Positions 30,545-40,206 of a stretch of 64,000 bases of DNA are shown one piece after another. Positions within the stretch are counted from its first letter, which is position 1, and the number at the start of each line of letters is the position of its first letter. This DNA is from Desulfatiglandales bacterium. GTDB lineage: Bacteria; Desulfobacterota; DSM-4660; Desulfatiglandales; HGW-15. The position numbers and the translations under genes are program-made. The notes beneath the pieces were generated by a model. The model saw nothing but the letters and a program-made list of their open reading frames with translations. It had not been told where the DNA came from and ran no database searches. The stretch spans positions 2,496,001 to 2,560,000 of the forward strand of contig CAXXJJ010000001.1 in the NCBI GenBank assembly GCA_963667015.2, in the 5' to 3' direction.

Positions 30545-30572
30545 GGTTCAACCAATGTATTGGTTCAACCAA
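30545..30572. promoter_or_regulatory. Tandem FadR/GntR-type operators in the divergent promoter
   Basis: GGTTCAACCAA followed by TTGGTTCAACCAA; the whole block is near-palindromic. Confidence 0.7.
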
Positions 30573-30628
30573 AATAACTGAAATATTATGGAATGTAAAT
30601 ATTAAAATGAATATTTCAGTTTTTCAAC

Positions 30629-31393
30629 ATGTCATTGGAAAAGTACGAAAATAGGGTAAAACATATGGAATTTCTTCAGGATATCAGCAAAGTCCCGCTA
30701 TCTAAAGTAGTAATGCTTCACATAAAAAATGCTATTTTGTCCGGGAAAATCAAATTTGAGGAAAAAATTCCAACGGAAAGAGAGCTGGCCGCCGGGTTTA
30801 ATGTAAGCCGAAACATGGTCAGGGAAGCGATCCGCGCCCTGGAAATAGCCGGTTATCTGGAGGTCCGGCAGGGACCCAAGGGCGGAGCCTTTGTAAGGGA
30901 GTTCACTCCTGATAGATTGTCTGAGGGATTCCTGGATTATTATCTGGCTAATAAACTTACCATGGAGGAGTTGAATAATGTGAGACTCCATATTGAACCT
31001 GAAGTGGCCAGGCTTGCCGCTCAGAATATTAATCAGGAAAAGGCTGCTATTCTTCAGGGCATTGTTGATGATGAATTTATGGCCGATGCCATTGACGAAC
31101 GTGTAGCCAGCCTGACAAAATTTCACCTGGTCCTTGCGGAGATGTGCGGCAATTTTTTTTACGAAATAATAATGAATGTCGTTGTATCTATTACAAGGGA
31201 GATAGTTGTGGCCGGGCACCGTGGTGGTGACACAGTTGTACATGGCCTGGAACAGCACAATGAAGTTTTAAATGCAGTTATTGAAGGAAAACCGGAAGAG
31301 GCATCAATGGCCATGGCAGACCATCTGACAAAGTTTTCAACCGGTATCCTTGAGATTGAAAAAGACTACAGGGATAGAATCAGCCTGAAATAA
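30629..31393 (+). CDS. GntR/FadR-family transcriptional regulator
   Basis: PTERELAAGFNVSRNMVREA HTH; FCD domain. Confidence 0.92.
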   Translation: MSLEKYENRVKHMEFLQDISKVPLSKVVMLHIKNAILSGKIKFEEKIPTERELAAGFNVSRNMVREAIRALEIAGYLEVRQGPKGGAFVREFTPDRLSEGFLDYYLANKLTMEELNNVRLHIEPEVARLAAQNINQEKAAILQGIVDDEFMADAIDERVASLTKFHLVLAEMCGNFFYEIIMNVVVSITREIVVAGHRGGDTVVHGLEQHNEVLNAVIEGKPEEASMAMADHLTKFSTGILEIEKDYRDRISLK

Positions 31394-31423
31394 ATAATAA
31401 TTAAAAATTTGCAGGGGGATAGA

Positions 31424-31906
31424 ATGGATAGAAAATTAAAATATATTGGAATCGTTATTGTCATGGTTCTTACACTTGGCCTTTCTCAATTTGCAGCAGC
31501 CAGGGATCTTATAGTTATTGCCTCTAAAGCTACTCAGGCGGACTCGAGGAACTGGCTCGGTTTTCTTGAATCAAAGGAAATACCTGTAAAGCTGGTTACA
31601 CCCGACGCCTTCCCCGAAGTCAAGGAAGACCTGTATATTTTTGTCCTTGGAAGCCTGGATGAATCAAATGAGATTGCAGCCATAGCTGAGGATGCACTGA
31701 CTGCAGATGAGTTTAAATCAATAAAGAGCGAGGGGAAAATGTTTTATAAACCTCAGGCATGGAACGTAGGCCAGAAGGTTATACTTATTCTTGGCCCGGA
31801 TAAGGAAGCCCTGAAAAAGGCAAGAACATCCACCCAGGAGGAGTGGTACGGAATGCTGGCAGAGTGGTTTGACATTGAAGACAGTGAGGGCTTTCACATC
31901 TATTAA
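31424..31906 (+). CDS. Exported hypothetical protein
   Basis: Signal peptide; lies within the operon. Confidence 0.7.
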   Translation: MDRKLKYIGIVIVMVLTLGLSQFAAARDLIVIASKATQADSRNWLGFLESKEIPVKLVTPDAFPEVKEDLYIFVLGSLDESNEIAAIAEDALTADEFKSIKSEGKMFYKPQAWNVGQKVILILGPDKEALKKARTSTQEEWYGMLAEWFDIEDSEGFHIY

Positions 31907-31929
31907 TTGTCCCCGCTAAGGAGATTATT

Positions 31930-33330
31930 ATGAAAAAATATTTTGTCTTAATTTTTGTATTACTGTGTCTCGTGCTTCCGGGATATCTGTTTGCCTTTCC
32001 ATCTGTTTTTCCGCACGGCACTACCATTTTTCATCTGGACAAGACATACAGCGGCTACACAATACTGACAACCAAGGGATATCAGGCGATTCTTATTGAT
32101 ATGAACGGCAACGTTGTCCATCACTGGGAGAATATGTGCGATGAAGAGCATCCTGCAAAACTGCTCCCGGGCGGATATGCCATGGGCGCGACCGGGAAAC
32201 GGGGCAGGATATTGGGAGATAAGGAATCCAATGACCTTTCCGTTGTTGACTGGGATGGAAACATTGTATGGACCTATAAAATGGCCGGTGTGCATCATGA
32301 CTTTCAAAGGGAAGGCAATCCAGTCGGATATTATGTGCCCGGTATGGATTCATACGTTGATAAGGGTAAAACCCTGATACTTTCACACCTAGTTGTAGAG
32401 AACAGCAAAATAAGTGATAAAAAACTCTATGATGATGTCATTATTGAAGTTGATCATGACGGCAACGAGATTTTCAGGTGGCTTGCGAGCGATCATGTAA
32501 AGGATATGGGATTTGACAACATGGCTAAAATTGTTATGTATCGCTATCCCAATTATTCAATGACCAGGACACCCGGTGTTGTCGGCGGAGACTGGATCCA
32601 TGTGAACACCGCATCATGGCTTGGCCCCAACAAGTGGTATGATAAGGGTGATAAACGTTTTCATCCCGACAATATCATTTATGACGGCCGTCAGACCAAC
32701 ACTACCGGAATCATTGACCGGAAAACCGGAAAAATAGTCTGGCATCTGGGCCCGGAGTTTGAATCCACAAAGGAACTTAGAAAGATTGGACCTACTATCG
32801 GCCTTCATCATGCACACATGATTCCCAAAGGTCTTCCAGGTGAAGGAAATATCCTGATTTTTGACAATGGCGGATACGGCGGCTATGGCGCTCCAAATCC
32901 TGCGGCTCCTACGGGGTTGAACAATGTAAAAAGAGATTATTCAAGGGTCCTTGAAATTGATCCGGCTACACTAAAGATTGTGTGGGAGTATGACGCCAAC
33001 AAATCCGGAAACCGTGACAAGGTAAAATTTTACAGCGATTATGTCAGTTCTGCCCAGAGACTTCCAAACGGGAATACCCTTATTACAGAAGGTGCATTTG
33101 GGCGAATCTTCGAGATCACCAATGACTATGAGATTGTATGGGAATATGTAAGTCCCTACTATGAAAAATCGGAAAATTTTAATCTGGTCTACAGGGCCTA
33201 CAGGGTCCCCTATGACTATGTTCCGCAGCTTACAAAACCAAAAGAAAAACCTGTTATTCCGCCTGAGAATTCAACTCTGAGACTTAAGGATCTAAAACAG
33301 CAGAAGAAATCTCGGAAAAAAAATAATTAG
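31930..33330 (+). CDS. Aryl-sulfate sulfotransferase (ASST family) 1
   Basis: LIDMNGNVVH.W, HHDF, DWIHVN, GRQ, HHAH, FDNG, SSAQRLPNGNTLITEG. Confidence 0.88.
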   Translation: MKKYFVLIFVLLCLVLPGYLFAFPSVFPHGTTIFHLDKTYSGYTILTTKGYQAILIDMNGNVVHHWENMCDEEHPAKLLPGGYAMGATGKRGRILGDKESNDLSVVDWDGNIVWTYKMAGVHHDFQREGNPVGYYVPGMDSYVDKGKTLILSHLVVENSKISDKKLYDDVIIEVDHDGNEIFRWLASDHVKDMGFDNMAKIVMYRYPNYSMTRTPGVVGGDWIHVNTASWLGPNKWYDKGDKRFHPDNIIYDGRQTNTTGIIDRKTGKIVWHLGPEFESTKELRKIGPTIGLHHAHMIPKGLPGEGNILIFDNGGYGGYGAPNPAAPTGLNNVKRDYSRVLEIDPATLKIVWEYDANKSGNRDKVKFYSDYVSSAQRLPNGNTLITEGAFGRIFEITNDYEIVWEYVSPYYEKSENFNLVYRAYRVPYDYVPQLTKPKEKPVIPPENSTLRLKDLKQQKKSRKKNN

Positions 33331-33357
33331 TTAATACGTTCAAGGAGGTCATTTCAA

Positions 33358-33744
33358 ATGAATTATACAAAGAAACTGAAATACATAATATTTTCTATGA
33401 TTATATCTATGACATTTATTGCAGCAGGATATTCCTTTGCACAGCATGAAGGCGGTCTTGGAGAAAAAAAGATTCACCTGAATATCGCTGACAAGGATCA
33501 GCTCATGAAGATTGAGGGCATGACCGAAGACCTTGCGGCGGCTGTTATTGAATACCGGGAAAAATCCGGCTTCTTTAAAGCCCCTGAGGACCTGCTTAAG
33601 GTGCCCGGTATTACAAAAAGTGTATATGATACCCTGAATCCGCAGGTAGGCTCGGAAGGCGACCTGTATTGTGTTCCCAAGGAAGGCGCTGAAGATGAAT
33701 TTGATGAAGACGAAGAGCCCGTTTTAAGTCCTTCAAAATGCTAG
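33358..33744 (+). CDS. Exported ComEA-like HhH protein with acidic tail ending SKC
   Basis: LNIADKDQLMKIEGM...YREKSG.F...DLLKVPGI. Confidence 0.8.
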   Translation: MNYTKKLKYIIFSMIISMTFIAAGYSFAQHEGGLGEKKIHLNIADKDQLMKIEGMTEDLAAAVIEYREKSGFFKAPEDLLKVPGITKSVYDTLNPQVGSEGDLYCVPKEGAEDEFDEDEEPVLSPSKC

Positions 33745-33775
33745 CACTGTAAATTAAAAGAGGATAAATGCCGGT

Positions 33776-36631
33776 ATGGTTCATAACAAGAAATGGCCGT
33801 TGATTGCTGTCTTTTTCGTATTCTTTTTATTGATAACTGTATCTTCTTCCTCTGGTGAAGAAAATCCCAGGGGACTGGCTCCAGTAATGGATGCTACCTA
33901 TATGCCTGAACTGGGCGGAGTTCTAAACAAGACATATCATAACCAGTACGGCCAGAAAAGGGATCTTTCAGAATGTATCGTTCTGCGGGAAAGCAAAATC
34001 GAGGATGGAAAGGCGTATGTGCCGGCCGGAGGCCTTTTTTATTCTTCAGAAACCTCCCAGGACGCAAGACCTTTTATGAGAGAGCCCTTTCTGATTCTTG
34101 GAGAGCATACCTATCTGCTTCGCTCCATCCATAAAAAAGTTGTAAAACGAAATGTGGAGGTGGAAAGAGGTGATAAGGTACTTCTTGATTCTTCCGGATA
34201 TCGGCTGTGGTTTGATTATGCTACAGACCATTATGAAAAACCATATGGTGAATTCGCCCTTATTGCACCTTCAGGAGCATGGCCCCATGAATGGCCTGTC
34301 TCTACTTCATTTCCCGGGGCTGAAGAAATTAAAAAACTTAAACTCAAGGAAGGTATCCATCCCCAGCCAGAATCCTTTTTTATGGATAATAAATATCTTT
34401 ACGGGCTTACAAAGCTTGTAGCCGAGGATATAGGATTTGAGAAAGCAAAATTCTCCATGATTGAGTACCCTGTAGTTACAGAGGCAGTCTTTTCCATGGA
34501 AAGACCCTGGGTGATGGATGTATATCAGGAGACTTACCGCTGGTACGGCAACAAAAGAATTTACACATTTAGAAAAGAAAACGGAGTTCTTGTTGAGATC
34601 AGAAACTGGACAGGGAAGAAAGTACTTGCATCCAAGCTCCTTAAGCCCGCCACCCAGCAGGAATACAAGGCAGCACATCAGGATGACTATTGCCTGACTG
34701 ATTTTGATCTGGATATCCATATAGAACTGATTGTTGACCCTGATTACAATAAGGCATCGGATTTTTCTCCCTGGGCCAATGACGTCCCCTATGGCTGGCA
34801 GGAAGGGACTGTTTCTCTTGCGGTTTATAATGACCTTATTAAAATAAAAGACGGAGAACCATGGCCCAATGATGAACGTTATATAGTAAGGCTTGAAGCA
34901 AACTACGAGACCGGAATGCTCCAGCGGCTGACCCTGGAAAACAGGGAGCCTTTTGTCCTGAGTAATAAAAATACATCATATGACGGTCCTGCAAAGATCT
35001 CAGAAGTATGGGACCGAAGTTATTTCAAGGTGGTTGCCAGAGATTTTAAAGACAACGTCGTAAAGGATTGCTATGTGCGCGATTCCTTTTTCCGGAGAAC
35101 CGACAATCTCATACTCTGGAAGGAGGGAAGAGGCAACATAGACTTTTTCATCGGCAAGAGCCCCCTGTTTTTCCCTGTGATGGAAGATACCTTCCTCGGA
35201 CGACTGGCTGATCCGACCTATGGTGTCCCCGTGGTACAATCACGTTTCACATCCTATCCCGAGGTTATTCCCGATGCAAAGTGGTTTGCTCCTGATCCTA
35301 CATGTGCATTTGATCCCAAACTCAAAGGCTTTATAAGGAAATACGTCCGGACAAGAGATAATCAGAAGTTAATTGCTCAGGAAACCATGGTGATCAGAAA
35401 AAGCTACGTGGATTACAGGAATAGTAAAATTATTATCCCGCCCGGGGGGCTTTATTACAGCTCACGCGACAACAGAAATATCCGGCCCGGAGAACCCCTC
35501 GTAATCCTTGGAAAGAATGCATATCTCCTTGGGTTTAAAAGCTACCTGGTAGTAAAGAAGGATTTCAGGATCGACTTATGGAAGGAGTATCCCATGGGCG
35601 ACGACAACCTGCTTTTCTGGCAGGATGTTGCCATCGGCGACGGCGCCAAGGCTATGCGCTATATGGGGACCGGTTTTTTGTGGGGAAAACCGGTCGGTGA
35701 ACTTCGCCTGACAAAATATTCGGGGAACAATTGGGGTGCCAATATAATGGTTGCTCAAGGATTAAAATCGTATGATGACATTCCTGAGACCTTTCCTGAA
35801 GAAGGTGTCTATGTTCAGGATTTTGATTACTACATCCCGGATGTATTTGCCGAAGGCGCAACCTATCTTATACCCAAATTTGTATCTCCGGATTTTGTAG
35901 AGGTAGAAGAAATGGGAACCCCTGGTATGGATGAGTTTACTGTCACCTATGAAAAACCCAAAAAAGCTGTTCTTGAGGAGGGTAAATCAGCCAAGGCCGG
36001 AAAATACATGTTTCAGGTAAGAGGGATCAATTCTGATGCAAAATCCATTGATTGCGCGCTGATAGATGACAAGGGTAATACTGTGGCCGAAAAGACCTTC
36101 GGTCCCCTGGACGAGAAGCTGCTGGATACACTGCCCCAGTATGGACCATCCCAGGAAAGGATCACCATGCGATATCAGGATATGTACATTACCCTTGATG
36201 TCCCGGTGGACCTCTCAAAAGGTAAAGCATCCTTCCATATAGCTACTGGAGCGGTAACCTACAAACGGGACGAGCCTTTGCCGGAGGATTCCAGATTTGT
36301 TGTGAAACCTGATGTCTGCGGCCACTGCTACCAGTTGAATGAAGTTCTTTTTACAAACAACGAACCAATCGTGCTGGACAACGATCATCGTGTTTATGAA
36401 GGACCCGAAGGATATTTCAAGATCGTTATTGATGATTTTGACGGGGAGGCCGTCAATGCCTGGCATATCGAGACCGTTTATAAAGGTGAGACCCATAAAA
36501 CATCGAATATGGCGGAATTCAAAAGAAATAATATCGACGTGATGGTCGGTGTGAATGGAACGACAGAAAGTTTTTTACGCCAAACCGTGCTGGATCGATT
36601 GGCCTATCGTGAAGTCTGGCGACTTCAGTAA
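33776..36631 (+). CDS. Large exported hypothetical protein, internally duplicated, with CGHC motif
   Basis: Signal peptide; paired motifs PAGGLFYSS/PPGGLYYSS and YFKVV/YFKIV. Confidence 0.8.
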   Translation: MVHNKKWPLIAVFFVFFLLITVSSSSGEENPRGLAPVMDATYMPELGGVLNKTYHNQYGQKRDLSECIVLRESKIEDGKAYVPAGGLFYSSETSQDARPFMREPFLILGEHTYLLRSIHKKVVKRNVEVERGDKVLLDSSGYRLWFDYATDHYEKPYGEFALIAPSGAWPHEWPVSTSFPGAEEIKKLKLKEGIHPQPESFFMDNKYLYGLTKLVAEDIGFEKAKFSMIEYPVVTEAVFSMERPWVMDVYQETYRWYGNKRIYTFRKENGVLVEIRNWTGKKVLASKLLKPATQQEYKAAHQDDYCLTDFDLDIHIELIVDPDYNKASDFSPWANDVPYGWQEGTVSLAVYNDLIKIKDGEPWPNDERYIVRLEANYETGMLQRLTLENREPFVLSNKNTSYDGPAKISEVWDRSYFKVVARDFKDNVVKDCYVRDSFFRRTDNLILWKEGRGNIDFFIGKSPLFFPVMEDTFLGRLADPTYGVPVVQSRFTSYPEVIPDAKWFAPDPTCAFDPKLKGFIRKYVRTRDNQKLIAQETMVIRKSYVDYRNSKIIIPPGGLYYSSRDNRNIRPGEPLVILGKNAYLLGFKSYLVVKKDFRIDLWKEYPMGDDNLLFWQDVAIGDGAKAMRYMGTGFLWGKPVGELRLTKYSGNNWGANIMVAQGLKSYDDIPETFPEEGVYVQDFDYYIPDVFAEGATYLIPKFVSPDFVEVEEMGTPGMDEFTVTYEKPKKAVLEEGKSAKAGKYMFQVRGINSDAKSIDCALIDDKGNTVAEKTFGPLDEKLLDTLPQYGPSQERITMRYQDMYITLDVPVDLSKGKASFHIATGAVTYKRDEPLPEDSRFVVKPDVCGHCYQLNEVLFTNNEPIVLDNDHRVYEGPEGYFKIVIDDFDGEAVNAWHIETVYKGETHKTSNMAEFKRNNIDVMVGVNGTTESFLRQTVLDRLAYREVWRLQ

Positions 36632-36648
36632 CATAATGGAGATAGTAT

Positions 36649-37824
36649 ATGACAACAGCAATAACTGATGGTCAGGCAATAGAAAAAACATCCAATACAA
36701 GGGAGCCTTCTGTGTGGAGTGCACTCCCAAGTTTTAAGAATAGCTGGCCCGGACTTCTGGCCATGGCAATACTCGCCCTGTTTTGCGGCCTTCCAGGTCT
36801 TAACTTCCCTTTAACCCTTGATACCCTTTTGCATTACATTGATGCCGTTTTACCGCCTGTATATGGCAAAGGTTTTTTTACTGATCTTCTGCATATGAAC
36901 TATGTTGTCAACTGTCTGCTTGTAGGCATTATTGTCAGGAATGTTATCGGTGTTCCGAATTCATGGGAGCCCGGTCTCACCTACAGCGGCATTTTCATGA
37001 ACGCAGGGATCATCATGCTCGGGTCTCAATATCTTTTGAGCGATCTGATTAAACTGGGCGGGGTGAGTATTATCGTCATGTTCTTCATGGTTTTTGGAGG
37101 GGCGTTGATATTCACCTATATGGGCCGCTGGACAAAAATGGGGGACTCCATGACAGCCCTTCTTGCCGCGGGATTTTCCATGTGCGGTGTGTCCGCGTGT
37201 ATTGCCATATCCCCCATGGTGAGATCCAAGAGCGAAGAAGTGGCCTATGCCATCGCAGTCTCGGTTACCTTCGGTCTTTTCTGCCTGTTTGCGCTTCCAT
37301 TTGTCGGTCATTTGATCGGCATGTCAAATGATGCATTCGGGCTGCTTTCGGCTGCCGGAGTCCCTAATTCGAACCAGGTAATCGCTACCGGTTTCAACTA
37401 CAGTTTCGAAGCAGGGAGAATTTCCGGGTTTACGAATATCGGCCGGCTGGTTCTGATTCCCGGCGGTGTTCTCTTTATCTATTTCATGACACTGGGTAAG
37501 GAGATTAAAGGATCATCGATCAGTTTCTGGCAGGTTTTAAGAGAGAAATTCCCCATATTTATTGTAGGTTTTGCCATTGTATGGGCACTGAACTGCATGA
37601 AGGTCTGGCCGCTTCCGGCCAGTGAGGCAATGGGGAAGGTAATGGAATGGTTTTTTTCTCTCAGCTTTGTCGGGCTGGGACTTTTGACCAAGCTGTCGGA
37701 TTTAAGGAAAGCAGGCATTAAAGGAATTGTGGTGGGTTATACAGCCGGATCAATGAGAATAGGCCTCTGCCTGATTCTCCTCTATATTGCCGCAAAAATG
37801 GGTAAGATAGTATTCATCCAGTAA
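36649..37824 (+). CDS. Putative sulfate exporter (YeiH/PSE family)
   Basis: Multi-TM; AGFSMCGVSAC.A, QVIA.G, FVGLGL.T. Confidence 0.85.
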   Translation: MTTAITDGQAIEKTSNTREPSVWSALPSFKNSWPGLLAMAILALFCGLPGLNFPLTLDTLLHYIDAVLPPVYGKGFFTDLLHMNYVVNCLLVGIIVRNVIGVPNSWEPGLTYSGIFMNAGIIMLGSQYLLSDLIKLGGVSIIVMFFMVFGGALIFTYMGRWTKMGDSMTALLAAGFSMCGVSACIAISPMVRSKSEEVAYAIAVSVTFGLFCLFALPFVGHLIGMSNDAFGLLSAAGVPNSNQVIATGFNYSFEAGRISGFTNIGRLVLIPGGVLFIYFMTLGKEIKGSSISFWQVLREKFPIFIVGFAIVWALNCMKVWPLPASEAMGKVMEWFFSLSFVGLGLLTKLSDLRKAGIKGIVVGYTAGSMRIGLCLILLYIAAKMGKIVFIQ

Positions 37825-37868
37825 GGCGCGGGAACCCAGGGGATTTGTATATATTAAAGGAGTTTATT

Positions 37869-38042
37869 ATGGCTGACACTATAGTTAAAAACCAGGAGCA
37901 GGGCACCGAAGATTTGAAAAAGGTAGAGGCCACAGCGGATGAAAAACAGCGCAGGCACCGGGTGGATGAGTATATGGCGATGATTATCGCTCTTGGTGCA
38001 GTAGCCGTACTCTGGCTTTTACAATATTTAGGGTTTTATTGA
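37869..38042 (+). CDS. Small single-TM protein
   Basis: AAGGAG RBS; C-terminal hydrophobic helix. Confidence 0.65.
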   Translation: MADTIVKNQEQGTEDLKKVEATADEKQRRHRVDEYMAMIIALGAVAVLWLLQYLGFY

Positions 38043-38092
38043 TAAGAGACAGCGATGATTTTTATAAGAGATAAAAAAGGCGGGGAGGTATC

Positions 38093-38533
38093 ATGAAGGA
38101 TATCCTTATCATATTGAACGGAAAAGACAGTGAAAATGCCGTTGAACAGGCGTTTAGCACTGCCCGGTCCGGTTCAGGAAAGGTAAAGGTGATGCAGATC
38201 CTCGATTCGGGACTTTATCATTACGCTCATAACGACCTGGTCGCTCCCAGACTTAACAAGCGGACATTCCTGCTCTATATCCGCGAGCAGGTTCTCGAAC
38301 AGGGCAGGGTGGAAGCCGGTGAACTTATCAGGAAGGCCCACGAGATGGGGATCTCCCTTGAGATTGACCCGGTAGAGACGGATGATGTGATTTCAACCGT
38401 GATTGCCGAGGCAAAAAAGGGCTATGATGAGATATATCTGCCCAAAGAGGAAAAAAAACTTTTCCCGATTTTCAAGAGGACCATGGAGCAGCATCTCAGG
38501 AGAAAGGCACCGGGCCGGGTCATAGCATGCTGA
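38093..38533 (+). CDS. Universal stress protein-like
   Basis: MKDILI...A.E.A and AKKGYDEI USP pattern; adjacent to transporter. Confidence 0.65.
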   Translation: MKDILIILNGKDSENAVEQAFSTARSGSGKVKVMQILDSGLYHYAHNDLVAPRLNKRTFLLYIREQVLEQGRVEAGELIRKAHEMGISLEIDPVETDDVISTVIAEAKKGYDEIYLPKEEKKLFPIFKRTMEQHLRRKAPGRVIAC

Positions 38534-38577
38534 AAAGACATATAAGGAAAAATAAAATTATTAATACGGAGGGTCGC

Positions 38578-39927
38578 ATGAAAAAAAGTATGGGTATATT
38601 ATTTATTATCCTTTTTATCGCGGTATCGTTTGGATCAGCTTCGGCATATGAAGCCATGGTCGGACCTACAGGAGTACTGAAGTATAATAAGGAAAAATCC
38701 TATGGCGGATATACCTTGTTTGCACCAATGGTAAACTGCAAAACCACCTATCTTATAGATATGGAGGGTAATGTCGTTCACAAATGGGAGTCTGAGTATA
38801 CACCTGGTGCCTATGCCATGCTTCTTCCAAACGGAAACCTCCTGAGAGGTGGAGTAATGAAGAAAAAACCTGCTGCTATAGGCGGAGCCGGAGGTATTGT
38901 CCAGGAGATAGACTGGGACGGCAATGTTGTATGGGAATACAAGATGAACAGTGATACAGAGTTGCAGCATCATTGTTTTACCCGTATGCCGAACGGAAAT
39001 ACGCTTATACTTGGCTGGGAAAGAATAACTATTGAGGAGGCGATAGCCAAAGGGCGTGACCCCAAAACAATCCCCCTCGAAGTATATGACATGGGGCAAT
39101 ATCACAATGATTTCTGGGTAGACTTTGTTCGCGAGGTTGATAAAAAGAACAAGACTGTCTGGGAATATCATGTCTGGGACCATGTCGGAACAGGGCCAAA
39201 CCAGTATGATATAAATTATATCCTGCCGGAAAAACTTGGCGGAAACTATACCAGTTTTGACTGGTCCCATTTTAATACGGTTGAATATATTCCAGAAGAC
39301 GACCTGGTACTCCTCAACTCCAGAAATTTCAGCGAATTCTATCTTATTGATCATAAAACAGGAAAAATGATCTATCGATGGGGTAATCCGAGCGCCTATG
39401 GACAGGGAGAAAAACCCTCATGGTATAATAATGGAGACCAGAAGGTGTTCGGGTCCCACAGTGCCACATATATTGGCAAAGACCGTTTTATGATATTTGA
39501 CAACGGTTCGGAGCGTGCTGAAGGAAACAGGTCCAGCATTGTAATAATGGACCGGAAGACAAATGAGATCGTATGGCAATACCATACAACAACACCTCAA
39601 AGTTTTTATTCGTTCCGCCAGGGCTCAGCCCAGATGCTTGCCAATGGAAATATCCAGGTCACATCAACTAACAGCGGGCACCTTTTTGAGGTGACAGAGG
39701 ATAAGGAAATAGTATGGGATTATGTAAGTCCTGTCTTTAACGGAAAGACAAAATGTTATGCTGAAGATGGTGACATGCCCAATATGCTGAACAATATGAT
39801 TCACAGGTCATATCGATACGGGGCAGATTATCCCGGCCTTAAGAGAAAGGACCTCAGTAAAAAGGTTCCCTTAACAGAGTGTCCGGAGTTTTATAAGATT
39901 TATAATACAGACGCCAAACCGGAGTAA
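38578..39927 (+). CDS. Aryl-sulfate sulfotransferase (ASST family) 2
   Basis: LIDMEGNVVHKW, QHHCF, DWSHFN, NSRN, GSHS, FDNG. Confidence 0.88.
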   Translation: MKKSMGILFIILFIAVSFGSASAYEAMVGPTGVLKYNKEKSYGGYTLFAPMVNCKTTYLIDMEGNVVHKWESEYTPGAYAMLLPNGNLLRGGVMKKKPAAIGGAGGIVQEIDWDGNVVWEYKMNSDTELQHHCFTRMPNGNTLILGWERITIEEAIAKGRDPKTIPLEVYDMGQYHNDFWVDFVREVDKKNKTVWEYHVWDHVGTGPNQYDINYILPEKLGGNYTSFDWSHFNTVEYIPEDDLVLLNSRNFSEFYLIDHKTGKMIYRWGNPSAYGQGEKPSWYNNGDQKVFGSHSATYIGKDRFMIFDNGSERAEGNRSSIVIMDRKTNEIVWQYHTTTPQSFYSFRQGSAQMLANGNIQVTSTNSGHLFEVTEDKEIVWDYVSPVFNGKTKCYAEDGDMPNMLNNMIHRSYRYGADYPGLKRKDLSKKVPLTECPEFYKIYNTDAKPE

Positions 39928-39933
39928 AAAAAT

Positions 39934-39973
39934 AACACGGCCATCCAGGAGCAGGCTCCGGGATGGCTGTGTT
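39934..39973 (+). terminator. Hairpin closing the sulfotransferase operon
   Basis: AACACGGCCATCC...GGATGGCTGTGTT. Confidence 0.65.
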
Positions 39974-40206
39974 CCATCATGTCTTTCCCCTTCATCTCCC
40001 TTTTTTCCATAAATGCTCCTGTGATCTTAGCTTTTTCTATTTCAGGATCTGCGGTATAATCGATCCATGTTATCGGGAAAATACCACCTAAAGATATCCA
40101 TTAATAAAATTTGAAAAAACGGGCAATTTATTATATTTAAAAAATCTGTCAAAATGATCGTGTAGTTGCGTGTCAATGAATAACTAATGCCGGATTGGAG
40201 AGTATA

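Noticed and set aside
30172..33744. Natural competence locus (comEA)
   Set aside because: No comEC or pilin genes; the proteins are acidic and embedded in a sulfotransferase cluster.
28960..33744. Additional selenocysteine readthrough in the DUF1573 or HhH genes
   Set aside because: The Cys codons are TGT/TGC and the stops are TAA/TAG; no in-frame UGA.
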